A DNA stretch of 64,000 bases from an uncultured delta proteobacterium (GTDB taxonomy: Bacteria; Desulfobacterota; Desulfobacteria; Desulfobacterales; SG8-13), in the NCBI GenBank assembly GCA_963787235.1, contig CAWBCG010000009.1, positions 8,426-72,425 on the forward strand, in the 5' to 3' direction. Positions 63,229 to 64,000 of this stretch are shown in pieces. Position 1 is the stretch's first letter, and each line of letters starts with the position of its first letter. The notes under the pieces are model-generated. The model saw only the letters and a program-made list of their open reading frames with translations, did not search any database and was not told where the DNA came from. A program made the position numbers and the translations under genes.

Positions 63229-63282
63229 AGCAGTTATTCCTTTCTGTGAACATTTCACCTTACCCGGCAAGGGTTCAAATGG

Positions 63283-63414
63283 TTACACCCGTCTTCGTCC
63301 TTGAATAACCTGGATCAGCACCACGATAATGGCGATGACCAGCAAGACATGAATAACGCCGCCAAGCGTGTAGCCGGTCATCAATCCCAGCCCCCACAGA
63401 ATTAAGAGGATCAC
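63283..63414 (-). CDS. Tiny membrane protein resembling the lmo0937 family (43 aa from GTG); not in the ORF track
   Basis: Hand translation (M)ILLILWGLGLMTGYTLGGVIHVLLVIAIIVVLIQVIQGRRRV. The LGG.IH.LLVIA...I.G.R pattern matches my recollection of that family. The start codon is uncertain (no in-frame ATG upstream). Confidence 0.45.
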   Translation of the reverse strand: MILLILWGLGLMTGYTLGGVIHVLLVIAIIVVLIQVIQGRRRV

Positions 63415-63469
63415 AAATATGGTCCAACGGAAATATTTATGCCGCTACTACTTTTTAACCTTTATTAGT

Positions 63470-63484
63470 TCAAGCTTCGTGCCA
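63470..63484 (-). promoter_or_regulatory. Sigma-54-type promoter candidate (weak -12)
   Basis: Minus strand TGGCAC-GAAGC-TTGA, 56 nt upstream of the small membrane protein gene. Confidence 0.3.
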
Positions 63485-63580
63485 GGTCTCCAACACTCAG
63501 CGTCACGTCACCCATCATTCTGATATTTAACAATAATTAGTTAAAAAAACATCTCCGGGGCTGTCATTAACAGCCACATA

Positions 63581-63621
63581 AAAAGGGTCATATTTAACCG
63601 TTTGTCAAATATGACCCTTTT
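63581..63621. terminator. Bidirectional rho-independent terminator
   Basis: AAAAGGGTCATATTT-loop-AAATATGACCCTTTT, a perfect 15-bp stem whose flanks give U-runs on both strands. Confidence 0.6.
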
Positions 63622-63682
63622 CCGGTCTCCCTGGTGTTATGGGCGGCAAATGATAAGGGCAGATTGAAATTGGAATGGGAAT

Positions 63683-63808
63683 TTATGGTTTGCGGATATT
63701 GAGCTTACGCATGCGGGCGCGCAAGGTGCTGCGGTCGAGGCCAAGGATTTCAGCCGCACTGTTTTTGCCGCCGACTTTCCAATGGGTCTGTTCAAGGAAA
63801 AACACAGT
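63683..63808 (-). pseudogene. C-terminal Fis-type HTH fragment of a sigma-54-type activator, preceded by an in-frame TAG
   Basis: Hand translation ...LEQTHWKVGGKNSAAEILGLDRSTLRARMRKLNIRKP*. In-frame TAG at 63809-63811. No long ORF continues upstream in any frame up to the window end. Confidence 0.45.
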
Positions 63809-64000
63809 CTATCCAACCTTCTCTCGGGAGGAGGGAGGAATCTGCAATTTTTTCAGGTAAGCTCTTTGTTTGAGATTAGCTGACGAACACCATCAAAAAC
63901 CCATAGATTTTCGATATCCCGATTATTCTGTCAGATCTCGAGTCTCACGCCCACTTCAATGACTTGATCCCCGGGAAGGTTGAAAAACGATCCGGCGTCG

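Noticed and set aside
1-64000. Scanned for tRNA, rRNA, tmRNA, RNase P, transposases, integrases, restriction-modification genes and known defence-system genes.
   Set aside because: None was recognised by eye. The only toxin-like sequence is the decayed PIN fragment. Structured RNAs cannot be excluded without covariance-model searches.

Overview
A 64-kb chromosomal window of about 55-60% GC. The gene content suggests a Desulfobacterales-like sulfate or sulfur-metabolising deltaproteobacterium, but that is inference only. All family names come from motifs I recognise in the translations; no searches were run.

Layout:
- 1-20 kb is mostly housekeeping: a Cache/HAMP adenylate cyclase, crcB plus a DUF190 gene, a livFGMH-plus-binding-protein operon, and an opp/dpp-like peptide ABC operon ending in an M24 aminopeptidase.
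- 20-29 kb is a mixed accessory stretch: a crotonase, a ZIP transporter, a retropepsin-like protease, DUF134 plus Mrp/NBP35, DUF1638, an OYE/FadH-like reductase and a thioredoxin.
- 29.5-43 kb is a redox/sulfur island. It has two paralogous sigma-54 activators with Cys-rich PAS domains and two exact TGGCAC-N5-TTGC promoters.
- One of those promoters heads a 10-gene operon: tandem TusA, MvhD-like, two HdrA/Qmo-like flavoproteins, a small wHTH protein, a QmoC-like membrane Fe-S/cytochrome b protein, three DsrE-family proteins and an unknown Cys-rich protein. The operon ends against a truncated DUF3141 gene.
- I rate this Qmo-like complex wired to a persulfide relay as the best candidate for an undescribed system.
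- 43-52 kb holds signalling genes (HAMP-SpoIIE, HDOD-GGDEF), an MBL hydrolase, pyrD, CBS proteins and a decayed PIN gene.
- 52-64 kb holds a 2916-aa cyclic beta-1,2-glucan synthase, a GDSL hydrolase, a BON lipoprotein and a tiny stress-type membrane protein.

Non-genic structure not explained by the ORF track:
- Four intergenic palindromic elements built from inverted arrays of a degenerate 9-bp unit.
- A pair of about 150-bp inverted repeats enclosing a 50-codon Cys-rich ORF and a bidirectional terminator.
- A 383-bp direct repeat placed upstream of both the glucan synthase and the GDSL gene.
- A conserved Zn-ribbon coding segment lying in frame behind a TAA stop.

No rRNA, tRNA, CRISPR array, transposase or integrase was recognised.
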